Origin: Candidatus Planktophila sp. | GTDB lineage: Bacteria; Actinomycetota; Actinomycetes; Nanopelagicales; Nanopelagicaceae | Reading direction: 5' to 3' | NCBI GenBank assembly: GCA_038905915.1 | Contig: JBCKHJ010000002.1 | Location: 18,466 to 82,465, forward strand | DNA: 64,000 nucleotides | Part shown: in pieces, positions 27,769 through 36,744 of the stretch | Layout of the letters: each line of letters opens with the position of its first letter | Numbering within the stretch: the first letter of the stretch is position 1 | The notes under the pieces: model-generated | The model's database searches: none | What the model was told of the DNA's origin: nothing | What the model saw: the letters and a program-made list of their open reading frames with translations, nothing else | Program-made: the position numbers and the translations under genes

Positions 27769-30213
27769 TTACGCTCTTATCGCCAAGTTACTCGGATCGT
27801 GCAGCGGTTGGTTAGCGATTCTTCCCGTATGCCAGTTACCAAAAAATTCAATCTCGACCTGCGTTCCGGCAGTTGCATGCTCTAGTGGCAAATATGCATT
27901 TCCTATTGCTTTCCCAATTGTATAACCCTGTCCGCCGCTTTTGACTCGCCCAATAATCTGGCCATCTTTGCGAATTGGTTCATTTCCAAGGGGGACTTGC
28001 CTAATGTCATCAAAAACGATGGCAACTAATTTTCGTTTCGGAATAAATTTTGTTAATGCATCTTTGCCCATAAAATTATTTTTTGTCATATCAACTGCAA
28101 AATCCAAACCTGCTTCAAATGGGCAAGTTTCGCTATTAATTTCACCAGCCCATGCGCGATATCCTTTTTCCAATCGAAGTGATTCAATCGCCCTATAACC
28201 ACACGGTGTTAGACCCATTGGGCTACCCGCAGAAATAAGGGCTTCCCATACTTTTAGACCATCGGATGCGGGTAGATATATTTCATATCCAAGCTCTCCC
28301 ACATAAGTGATGCGAGTCAGTCGCACATTACTTTGGGCTAATTCAATTTCGCGCGAGCGCATAAAGGGAAATGCGCTATGGCCTAACTCTGTCTTAGTCA
28401 AAGTTTCCAAAATTTGGCGAGATTTAGGTCCCCAAATTCCAAAGCAAGCTAACTCTGAAGTTACATCGCGCATTTGGAGTTGGCTAAAGTTATTTTCGCG
28501 TGCCATTTTGCGCAACCAAGCTAGGTCATGAGTAGCAAAAGCAGTTCCAGTCACAATGAAAAATTCAGACTCACCTGTTTGCGTTACGGTGTAATCGGAT
28601 TCGATTCCTCCGCGCGAATTAAGAGCTTGTGTATATATCGTGCGACCTATGCCTCGCAAAACATTATTGGCGCAGACGAAATTGAGAAATTCTGGCGCTC
28701 TCGAACCACTAATAATAAATTTAGCAAAACTTGATTCATCAAATAACCCAGCAGCGGTGCGCGTTGCATGATGTTCAACCATGACCGCCGATGACCAATG
28801 ATTTCCGGCCCAACCATAGGGACGCAATTTGTCATCACCTATATGAGTTTCGTAGAAATTCACGCGCTCCCAGCCGGATTTTTCGCCAAAGACTGCGCCG
28901 CTATTTTTATGCCATTGATAAATCGGAGATGTCTTTAGCGGGCGCCCTGATTGGCGTTCTTCACCAGGGTAGTGAATGTCGTAATACTCTTCATAATTTT
29001 CTTTAACGCGTTTTAGCGTGTAGTCAGGTGATTTATAAGATTGGCCAAAGCGATTGATATCCATATGCCACAAATCCATGGTTGGTTCACCGGCAACAAT
29101 CCATTCGGCCATTACTTTTCCAATACCGCCTGCCCCTGCAATTCCGTGGGCGCAAAAACCTGCCGCAACATAAAAGCCACCAATTTGCGTCTCGCCTAAA
29201 CAAAATTCGTTATCTGGAGTAAAACCTTCAGGCCCATTGATGAAATTCTTAATGCCAATCTTTGCCATCTGTGGAACGCGCTTTTGTGAAGCATCTGCAA
29301 TATCTTCAAAGCGATCCCAATCTTCGGGCAATAACCGCCCATTAAAATCACTAGGAATGTCATCAAAATTTTCGAAATCAGCTGTCCATGCTTTGGAATT
29401 TCTTTCATAGCCACCCATTAGCAGACCATCTACTTCTTGGCGAAAGTAAATCAAATTATCTGGATCTCTAAGTGATGGAAGAAGTGGGGCACCAGGAGTT
29501 AAGAAATTATCAGTAATCATGTATTGATGGCTCATAGGAACAATTGGAATGCGAACATTTAGTAACCTTCCAATTTCTGGTGCGTATATGCCACCGCAAT
29601 TAACAACAATTTCGCACTCGATATCGCCTTTGTTTGTTATTACTTTAGAGACGCGTCCATCTTTGGTTTCAATACCTAAAACACGAGTGTGAGTTAGAAT
29701 TTTTGCACCAGCTTTGCGCGCGCCATTTGCCAGCGCCATTGCTAATTGCGATGGATCAACTTGTCCATCAGTTGCCATATAACAAGCGCCAACTACGCCT
29801 TTTAAGTCGATGAGCGGGAAAAGTTCCTGGGCCTGTCTAGGCGAAATCTCTGTAAGGTCTAACCCAAAAGTTTTAGCCCACCCAATTTGGCGACGAATTT
29901 CTTCCATTCGTTCTGGCGATGAAGCCAATTTAATGCTTCCGCATTCGCGCCAACTCGGTGGAGTCTCAGTTTTTTCTAACTGCCGATAGAGATCAACCGA
30001 ATGCATATTCATCTTGGTAAGTGTGGGGTCCGCGCGTAATTGGCCAACCAAACCGGCTGAATGAAATGTTGAGCCACTTGTGAGTTCGCTCCTATCGAGC
30101 AGAACGACATCTTTTTGCCCAAGTTGGGTCAAGTGATAGGCAACGGATGTTCCACCAACTCCGCCACCGATAATTACGATTCGTGCGCGGTCAGGGCTCT
30201 TACCTTCGGACAT
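27769..30213 (-). CDS. FAD-dependent oxidoreductase with GcvT folate-binding domain (dimethylglycine/sarcosine dehydrogenase family)
   Basis: IIGGGVGG, SGSTFHSAG, NGPEGFTPD, ITYVGELGYE, SLRLEKGY; 814 aa. Confidence 0.92.
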   Translation of the reverse strand: MSEGKSPDRARIVIIGGGVGGTSVAYHLTQLGQKDVVLLDRSELTSGSTFHSAGLVGQLRADPTLTKMNMHSVDLYRQLEKTETPPSWRECGSIKLASSPERMEEIRRQIGWAKTFGLDLTEISPRQAQELFPLIDLKGVVGACYMATDGQVDPSQLAMALANGARKAGAKILTHTRVLGIETKDGRVSKVITNKGDIECEIVVNCGGIYAPEIGRLLNVRIPIVPMSHQYMITDNFLTPGAPLLPSLRDPDNLIYFRQEVDGLLMGGYERNSKAWTADFENFDDIPSDFNGRLLPEDWDRFEDIADASQKRVPQMAKIGIKNFINGPEGFTPDNEFCLGETQIGGFYVAAGFCAHGIAGAGGIGKVMAEWIVAGEPTMDLWHMDINRFGQSYKSPDYTLKRVKENYEEYYDIHYPGEERQSGRPLKTSPIYQWHKNSGAVFGEKSGWERVNFYETHIGDDKLRPYGWAGNHWSSAVMVEHHATRTAAGLFDESSFAKFIISGSRAPEFLNFVCANNVLRGIGRTIYTQALNSRGGIESDYTVTQTGESEFFIVTGTAFATHDLAWLRKMARENNFSQLQMRDVTSELACFGIWGPKSRQILETLTKTELGHSAFPFMRSREIELAQSNVRLTRITYVGELGYEIYLPASDGLKVWEALISAGSPMGLTPCGYRAIESLRLEKGYRAWAGEINSETCPFEAGLDFAVDMTKNNFMGKDALTKFIPKRKLVAIVFDDIRQVPLGNEPIRKDGQIIGRVKSGGQGYTIGKAIGNAYLPLEHATAGTQVEIEFFGNWHTGRIANQPLHDPSNLAIRA

Positions 30214-30235
30214 GTTTGAAATGTATCCTATTAAG
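30214..30235. promoter_or_regulatory. Bidirectional leaderless promoter with overlapping -10 hexamers
   Basis: TACATT (minus, 30225-30220) and TATCCT (plus, 30224-30229), each 6 nt from a start codon. Confidence 0.65.
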
Positions 30236-31162
30236 GTGCCAAGTAGCCAGCGTGAGTTTGAAGAACTTTATGGGGTTTTATTAAATCAAGTTCCGCTCCT
30301 TAAAAGCCGGACAACGATAACCGAACTTTCAGGTGGCTTAACAAATAGAAATCTATTAATTACCACCGATAGTGGTAAATATGTGGCGCGCATCTCAAGT
30401 AATGATTCATTGCTCTTATCAATTGATCGAGATGCAGAATATGAGAACTCGAAACGAGCGGCCGAAAATAATATTGGAGCGCCAGTCTTTGATTATCTTG
30501 CTGGGCAAGGTTTACTTGTAATTGGCTATCTGCCTGGTCGAACTTGTAGCGCTGAAGATGTATCGCAAAATCTAGACCGAATCGCGCAGAGTTGCAGGAC
30601 GCTTCACGCAGCGCGGCGATTTGTTAATGACTTTGACATGTTTAAAGTACAAGCGCGTTATTTAAAAGTAGTCCAAGAGCGCGGCTTTAGATTGCCAGAT
30701 CGCTATCGCGATTATGAAATACATATCGGCAAAATTGCAAAAGCACTTGCGGTTCTAGCTGAAGGGACCGTGCCCTGCAATAATGATTTATTACCGGGTA
30801 ATTTTATCGACGATGGTAAAAAGATTTGGTTAATTGATTATGAATACTCAGGAAATAATGATGCCTGTTTTGAATTAGGCAATATTTGGGCCGAAGCTTT
30901 TCTAGATTTGGAAAAGTTAGAAGAACTGGTCACTGCTTATTACGGGGTATCGCGACCTGAAAAATTTGCACGGGCTTGGTTATTTGCCTTGCTCGCAAAA
31001 TATGGCTGGACGCTCTGGGCATCGATTCAAAGTGCGGCATCTACTTTAGATTTTGATTTCTGGGACTGGGGTGCGCATAAATATGATGAGGCCGAACGAG
31101 CTTTTAATAGCAAAGAATTTGAGGAGATGCTGGCGCAAGTCACCAGAAAGCCTTCTGCCTAA
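30236..31162 (+). CDS. Choline/ethanolamine kinase-family phosphotransferase
   Basis: LSGGLTNRN, Brenner motif CNNDLLPGNF, LIDYEYSGNND; start GTG 30236. Confidence 0.88.
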   Translation: MPSSQREFEELYGVLLNQVPLLKSRTTITELSGGLTNRNLLITTDSGKYVARISSNDSLLLSIDRDAEYENSKRAAENNIGAPVFDYLAGQGLLVIGYLPGRTCSAEDVSQNLDRIAQSCRTLHAARRFVNDFDMFKVQARYLKVVQERGFRLPDRYRDYEIHIGKIAKALAVLAEGTVPCNNDLLPGNFIDDGKKIWLIDYEYSGNNDACFELGNIWAEAFLDLEKLEELVTAYYGVSRPEKFARAWLFALLAKYGWTLWASIQSAASTLDFDFWDWGAHKYDEAERAFNSKEFEEMLAQVTRKPSA

Positions 31163-31285
31163 ATAGCAAGAATTCATTTAAATTGGTGAAAAAATAAGGG
31201 CAAATGTCCTTCCATTATGTCGAAATTAGGGGCACGATACGCGATAAGGCTCGAAACAATTCGGAGCCAATACTTGGGGGGACTT

Positions 31286-32767
31286 ATGAGTAAACAATCC
31301 GGAGTTAGCTACACCAAGGTCGATCAGGCCTACTTCGATAAACGTGGACTGCGCCGCTATGCCGGGGTGGGGTCGCTATGGGCGCTGGGAGTGGGCGCGG
31401 TTATTTCCGGCCATTTCTCGGGCTGGAACCTGGGTCTGGCCAACGGCTGGGGCAGCATGCTGATCGCCGCGATCCTCATCGCGGTGATGTACCTGGGCCT
31501 GACCTTTTCGCTCGCCGAAATGTCGCCGGCGCTGCCGCATACCGGTGGTGCCTACTCATTTGCACGTAGCACCATGGGTCCTTGGGGCGGCTATATCACT
31601 GGACTGGCCGAAAACGTCATGTATGTGCTGACTCCAGCGGTGATCGTATTCTTCATCGGCAGTTACATGGGCAGCATCTTCGACACCCCCACCAATCTTC
31701 AGCCGCTCTGGTGGATCGCTTTTTACCTGATATTTGTGGGTCTGAACATCTTAGGCGTGGAGCAGTCGCTCAAGATTGCGGTGGTAATAACCGTGCTGGC
31801 GCTGGCCACTCTGGTGGTCTTCTGGGTGAGCGCCCTGCCCAACATCGACTTCAGCCGCTGGGCGATGGATGTCGGTGCGGGCGGCGTCAAACTTGCGGAG
31901 GGCGGCGGCCCGTTTCTACCGCTGGGCTTGGCTGGCGTACTGTCGGCGATGCCGTTCGCGGTCTGGTTGTTCCTGGCCATCGAGCAACTGCCGCTGACCG
32001 CTGAGGAGTCGATTGATGTAAAGCGCGACATGCCAAAGGGCATTATCTGGGGCATGTTCACACTGATCATCTCAGCACTGATGATCCTGTGGCTGAATCC
32101 GGCCGTGATTGGCGTTGGTTCGCATGCGCTCGGGCAGTCGGGCGAACCGCTGCTGGACGGCTTCAAGGCTATCTACGGCGGGAACTTCGCCCGCGGTCTG
32201 GCGCTGGTCGCAGTGCTGGGCTTGGTCGCCAGTTTCCACACGATTATCTTCGCCAAGGGTCGGCAAATCTATTCGCTTAGCCGAGCCGGCTATTTCCCGC
32301 AGTTCCTGTCGGTCACGCATGGTAAGCGCAAAACCCCGTATGTGGCGATGGTGATGGGCAGCGCGCTAGGGCTGACAGTGATGTTGCTGCTCTGGTTCGG
32401 CCTGGGCGAGTCACGCGCCGGCACCGCCATCGGAGGCATGCTGCTGAACATGGCGGTCTTCGGCGCGATGTTCTCCTACTTCCTTCAAGCGCTCTCGTTC
32501 ATCCTGTTGCGCAAGAAGATGCCGCATCTCGAACGGCCGTACCGCAGCCCGCTGGGTATCGGCGGAGCGACGCTGACCATGATCATCGCTGCCGTAACGC
32601 TGTACGTCCAACTCACCGGCGACCCGGCCTATACCCGGGGCGTGTTGTGGGTGGCCGGCTGGTTCGCCATCGGCATCATCTACTTCGTGTTGGTCAGTCG
32701 GCATCGGCTGGTCCTGTCGCCAGAGGAGAAGTTCGCGCAGGAGCACGTCGGGAAAGATATAGCCTAA
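31286..32767 (+). CDS. APC-family amino acid/amine permease, ethanolamine-permease-like, high GC
   Basis: LWALGVGAVISGHFSGWNLG, FLAIEQLPL, LERPYRSP; many TM segments; ATG 31286 after G-rich SD. Confidence 0.88.
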   Translation: MSKQSGVSYTKVDQAYFDKRGLRRYAGVGSLWALGVGAVISGHFSGWNLGLANGWGSMLIAAILIAVMYLGLTFSLAEMSPALPHTGGAYSFARSTMGPWGGYITGLAENVMYVLTPAVIVFFIGSYMGSIFDTPTNLQPLWWIAFYLIFVGLNILGVEQSLKIAVVITVLALATLVVFWVSALPNIDFSRWAMDVGAGGVKLAEGGGPFLPLGLAGVLSAMPFAVWLFLAIEQLPLTAEESIDVKRDMPKGIIWGMFTLIISALMILWLNPAVIGVGSHALGQSGEPLLDGFKAIYGGNFARGLALVAVLGLVASFHTIIFAKGRQIYSLSRAGYFPQFLSVTHGKRKTPYVAMVMGSALGLTVMLLLWFGLGESRAGTAIGGMLLNMAVFGAMFSYFLQALSFILLRKKMPHLERPYRSPLGIGGATLTMIIAAVTLYVQLTGDPAYTRGVLWVAGWFAIGIIYFVLVSRHRLVLSPEEKFAQEHVGKDIA

Positions 32768-32777
32768 GTCGTATTGT

Positions 32778-32813
32778 AGCTGGGGTCGCGATCCTCTGGT
32801 CGCGGCCTCGGCT
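32778..32813 (+). terminator. GC-rich hairpin terminator after the permease
   Basis: AGCTGGGGTCGCGATC-CTCT-GGTCGCGGCCTCGGCT (pairs with G-U) followed by TTACTT. Confidence 0.7.
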
Positions 32814-32845
32814 TTACTTATTACTAAAGCAATAAGATTGCCCAT

Positions 32846-33586
32846 ATGTGTAGATTGATGGGTTATGTGAGCGATGAAAAAACAACTTTCGAAAATATAG
32901 TTGGATCAAATTTTAAAGAATTTGTCTCGCTTTCATCCGTGCATTGTGATGGCTGGGGTATCGCTTCAATTAATCACGCAGAGCGCGTTGCAACTTTAGA
33001 TCGCGCTCCTGAAACGGCAGTTACTAGTGAGAACTTTAAGAAAGCGCTAGCTAAGAGTTCTGCCGATGGTTCGCTATTACACCTGCGTTGGGCGACAAAG
33101 GGTTTACCCGTTAGCCAAGAGAACACCCACCCATTTGTATATGAGGATTTCTCTTTTATCCATAATGGTGCAATTTCCCCCCCAGCGGCGATGGATTCAT
33201 TTATAGCACCAATTTATAAGCGCTTTATTATTGGGGATACAGATAGTGAAAGATATTTTTATTATCTGCTTTCAGCAATCAGTGAACATGGCTTGGTAGA
33301 TGGTGTAAAAATTGCAGTAAATAGAATTCGTGAAAGTATGGATTATTCAAGCATAAATGCAATGATTATGAACGAAGATTTCTTTGTTGTAATTTGTGAA
33401 CATCATCCAGAACGCCATCCAGATTGGGCACCTGCTGATTACTATGAATTGAAATATAAAAAGGACCAAAACTCAGTATTAGTTGCATCCACTGGCTGGG
33501 AACAAAAGGGCTGGGAACTACTTCCTAATCATCAAATTTTACTTGTGGATCGTGCCAGCCTAGAAGTTACGGTTATTTCACTTTAA
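32846..33586 (+). CDS. Class II (Ntn) glutamine amidotransferase, EgtC/YafJ-like
   Basis: N-terminal MCRLMGY, DGWG, HLRWAT, NTHPF, HNG, GDTDSE. Confidence 0.9.
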   Translation: MCRLMGYVSDEKTTFENIVGSNFKEFVSLSSVHCDGWGIASINHAERVATLDRAPETAVTSENFKKALAKSSADGSLLHLRWATKGLPVSQENTHPFVYEDFSFIHNGAISPPAAMDSFIAPIYKRFIIGDTDSERYFYYLLSAISEHGLVDGVKIAVNRIRESMDYSSINAMIMNEDFFVVICEHHPERHPDWAPADYYELKYKKDQNSVLVASTGWEQKGWELLPNHQILLVDRASLEVTVISL

Positions 33587-33607
33587 AAGAAGCATTACGA
33601 TTAGCGC

Positions 33608-35029
33608 ATGAGTCGCACATATAAAGTCGAAACTTATGGCTGTCAAATGAATGTGCATGACTCCGAAAGAATTTCAGGGTTGCTAGATGAGGCAGGATTC
33701 ATCCCTGCCGAAGTCGGAACCCAAGCCGACATAGTAGTTTTTAATACTTGCGCAGTTCGTGAGAACGCTGACAATAAACTTTATGGAAATTTAAGTTTTC
33801 TAGCCCCTATTAAAAAAGCAAACCCAACGATGCAAATTGCCGTGGGTGGCTGTTTGGCACAGAAAGATCAAGCTCTGATTTTGAAAAAAGCGCCCTATGT
33901 CGATGTCGTTTTCGGCACTCATAATGTTGGTTCTTTGCCAGTATTGCTTGAACGAGCACGAATTGAAGAGGAATCGCAGATAGAAATTTTAGAGTCGCTG
34001 GAACATTTCCCTTCTACTCTTCCTGCCCGCCGCTTATCAGCTTTCTCTTCTTGGGTTTCAGTATCAGTTGGTTGTAATAACACTTGCACTTTCTGCATCG
34101 TTCCAACACTTAGAGGAATTGAAAAAGATCGTTCATCGCGAGATATTCTTAAGGAGATTCAAACCTTAGTTGCGCAAGGCGTAATTGAGATAACTTTGCT
34201 TGGACAAAATGTGAATGCTTATGGTGTTGATTTTGGCGACCGAGGTGCTTTTGCAAATTTACTGCGTGAGTGCGGCAAAGTCGAAGGTCTAGAACGAGTG
34301 CGGTTCATGTCGCCACATCCACGTGATTTCACCGACGATGTGATAGATGCAATGGCGCAAACAGCAAACGTGATGCCACATTTGCATATGCCGTTGCAAT
34401 CGGGTTCTGATCGCGTTCTGCGCGAGATGCGTCGCTCCTACCGCAGCGATCGCTATTTGGGAATTCTCGAACGTGTGCGAAGTGCGATGCCTAACGCCTG
34501 CATTACTACCGACATAATTGTTGGTTTTCCAGGGGAGACGGAAGAAGATTTTCAAGCAACTCTAGATATTTGTACGCAAGCTCGCTTTGCTGCGGCTTAT
34601 ACATATCAATATTCAAAGCGCCCAGGTACACCTGCCGCAGAAATGCCAAATCAAATTTCACCTGAAGTTGTAGGGCAGCGTTATACGCGTTTGCATGAAC
34701 ATCAACAGGGTATTTCACTCTCTGTTAACAAAGAAGCTATAGGTCGCACCATGCAAGTTTTGGTCGCAGATTTCGAAGGTCGCCGAGATGAAGCGCAATC
34801 TCGAATGACGGGTCGCAGTGAAGATTTCCGGTTAGTTCACTTTGGAAACCAAACACCGGCACGAGCTGGAGATATTGTTGAATTAGAAATCACAGATGCA
34901 TCTGCACATTATTTAATTGGAGATTCAATCTCGGTTCGAAAAACGCGTGGGGGAGATGCACATCAACTTCGAACACAAGTACAAGGGCCACAGCCAATCT
35001 TGCTTGGGATGCCTGCAATATCTCGATGA
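33608..35029 (+). CDS. miaB: tRNA-2-methylthio-N6-dimethylallyladenosine synthase
   Basis: [20 protein letters not shown] radical SAM motif, TRAM domain. Confidence 0.98.
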   Translation: MSRTYKVETYGCQMNVHDSERISGLLDEAGFIPAEVGTQADIVVFNTCAVRENADNKLYGNLSFLAPIKKANPTMQIAVGGCLAQKDQALILKKAPYVDVVFGTHNVGSLPVLLERARIEEESQIEILESLEHFPSTLPARRLSAFSSWVSVSVGCNNTCTFCIVPTLRGIEKDRSSRDILKEIQTLVAQGVIEITLLGQNVNAYGVDFGDRGAFANLLRECGKVEGLERVRFMSPHPRDFTDDVIDAMAQTANVMPHLHMPLQSGSDRVLREMRRSYRSDRYLGILERVRSAMPNACITTDIIVGFPGETEEDFQATLDICTQARFAAAYTYQYSKRPGTPAAEMPNQISPEVVGQRYTRLHEHQQGISLSVNKEAIGRTMQVLVADFEGRRDEAQSRMTGRSEDFRLVHFGNQTPARAGDIVELEITDASAHYLIGDSISVRKTRGGDAHQLRTQVQGPQPILLGMPAISR

Positions 35030-35928
35030 GTGTAATAGTCATTTGTGGGGCAACAGCTACAGGCAAAAGTGATTTAGCAATTGAATTAGCCAAAGAAATA
35101 TCAGCCGAAATTATCAATGCCGATTCTATGCAGTTATATCGCGGCATGGATATAGGCACTGCAAAATTACCAGTGCTTGATAGAAGTGGAATTATTCACC
35201 ACCTGCTTGATGTTTTAGATGTAACCGAAGATGCGAGTGTTGCTTGGTATCAAGAAAGTGCACGCACTAAAATTGCAGAAATCCAAAACCGTAACAAGAA
35301 CGTCGTTATCGTTGGTGGAACAGGTTTATATATCAAGGCGATTTTGGATGATTTAAACTTTCCTGAGACCGACCCAGAAATCCGTGGTGCGCTAACTGCT
35401 GAGGCTGAAAAAATTGGTTTGGACGCGCTATTCCAACGTTTAGAAAAATTAGATCCAGCAGCGGCTCTTGCTATCGATAGCGCAAATGCGCGGCGCGTAA
35501 TTCGAGCACTTGAAGTAATTGAGATAACAGGTAAACCTTTTACCGCAAATTTGCCGAGAGAAGCCAGTACAAAGTTTCCAGATGCTAAGCAGTTTGGCCT
35601 AGTAATGGAGCGCGAAACTTTAGATGAACGCATATCGCAGCGAGTAGATCGAATGTGGGATTTGGGATTAGTGGACGAGGTTAAGAATTTACTTGAAGCA
35701 GGTATCACTAAAGGTAGAACTGCCCAAAGAGCGTTGGGTTATTCACAAGTGATTTCATTTTTAGGTGATCAAATCAGTGAAGTAGAAGCCCGCGAAGATA
35801 CTAAGCGTGCAACTAGGCAATATGCGCGTCGACAAGAGGTTTGGTTTTCGCGTGATGATCGCATAAAATGGATTTCGCCAGTTGCCTCTCGTCTTGAAGT
35901 TATTATGAACACACTAGATCTGCGATAA
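35026..35928 (+). CDS. miaA: tRNA dimethylallyltransferase
   Basis: [32 protein letters not shown]. Confidence 0.98.
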   Translation: MSVIVICGATATGKSDLAIELAKEISAEIINADSMQLYRGMDIGTAKLPVLDRSGIIHHLLDVLDVTEDASVAWYQESARTKIAEIQNRNKNVVIVGGTGLYIKAILDDLNFPETDPEIRGALTAEAEKIGLDALFQRLEKLDPAAALAIDSANARRVIRALEVIEITGKPFTANLPREASTKFPDAKQFGLVMERETLDERISQRVDRMWDLGLVDEVKNLLEAGITKGRTAQRALGYSQVISFLGDQISEVEAREDTKRATRQYARRQEVWFSRDDRIKWISPVASRLEVIMNTLDLR

Positions 35929-35946
35929 GTGATATAAACTTAAACA

Positions 35947-36744
35947 ATGATCGCGACCTATGGCCATGGAACGCAGAACGATTTTTTAATTGTTTTCGAT
36001 CCAAATAATGAATACTCAATAACCACGGCACAAACTACTGCTATCTGTAATCGCGAATCTGGCATCGGCTCTGATGGATTAATCAGAATTATAAAACGCA
36101 ATGAAAAATGGTTTATGGATTATAGAAATTCTGATGGCTCCCTTGGTGAAATGTGTGGCAATGGAATTCGCGTGATGGCGCGTTACTTAGTTGAGCGTGG
36201 TCACCAAAAAGAGGGCATTTTTGGGATCGATACTCGCGATGGAGTAAAACATATGCGCGTTCCTATGACGGGGGATATAACGGTAAATATGGGCAAGGTC
36301 GTTGATGAAGAGAAAGAGATAACGGCGGCAACAAATGGACATATTTGGAATGGTTATAACATCAGTGTTGGCAACCCACACGCAGTTGTCTTTGTTGATG
36401 ATTTAGCCCAAGTGGGAGAAATGAAAGATGCCCCAGTAGTTAGACCACGCGATTGCTACCCTGAAGGCGTCAATGTTGAATTTGTTCAAGTATTACCAAA
36501 TCACGAGTTAAAAATGCGAGTCTTTGAACGGGGCAGTGGCGAAACTAAATCATGCGGAACCGGAGTCTGTGCAGTTGGACTTGCAGCCACGCTTTATTCT
36601 AAAGAAAAGTTACCTGCCAAATGGGTTGTCGAGACTCTCGGTGGTCGTTTAGAAGTTGAGATCGACGGACATTCGAATGCAATTCTTAGCGGTCCAGCAG
36701 TTTTAATAAGCGAGCATGATATTTCGGAGTATCTCCTTGGTTGA
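35947..36744 (+). CDS. dapF: Diaminopimelate epimerase
   Basis: HGTQNDF, EMCGNGIR, GNPHAV, ERGSGETKSCGTG. Confidence 0.97.
   Translation: MIATYGHGTQNDFLIVFDPNNEYSITTAQTTAICNRESGIGSDGLIRIIKRNEKWFMDYRNSDGSLGEMCGNGIRVMARYLVERGHQKEGIFGIDTRDGVKHMRVPMTGDITVNMGKVVDEEKEITAATNGHIWNGYNISVGNPHAVVFVDDLAQVGEMKDAPVVRPRDCYPEGVNVEFVQVLPNHELKMRVFERGSGETKSCGTGVCAVGLAATLYSKEKLPAKWVVETLGGRLEVEIDGHSNAILSGPAVLISEHDISEYLLG

Noticed and set aside
31157-32767. GCCTAA at the ends of both kinase and permease as a target-site duplication
   Set aside because: Only 6 bp, and it is simply Ala codon plus stop in both genes; chance is likely and no mobility gene is present.
31378-32845. Several long alternative ORFs within the permease
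   Set aside because: Expected from stop-codon scarcity in high-GC DNA; no recognisable motifs.
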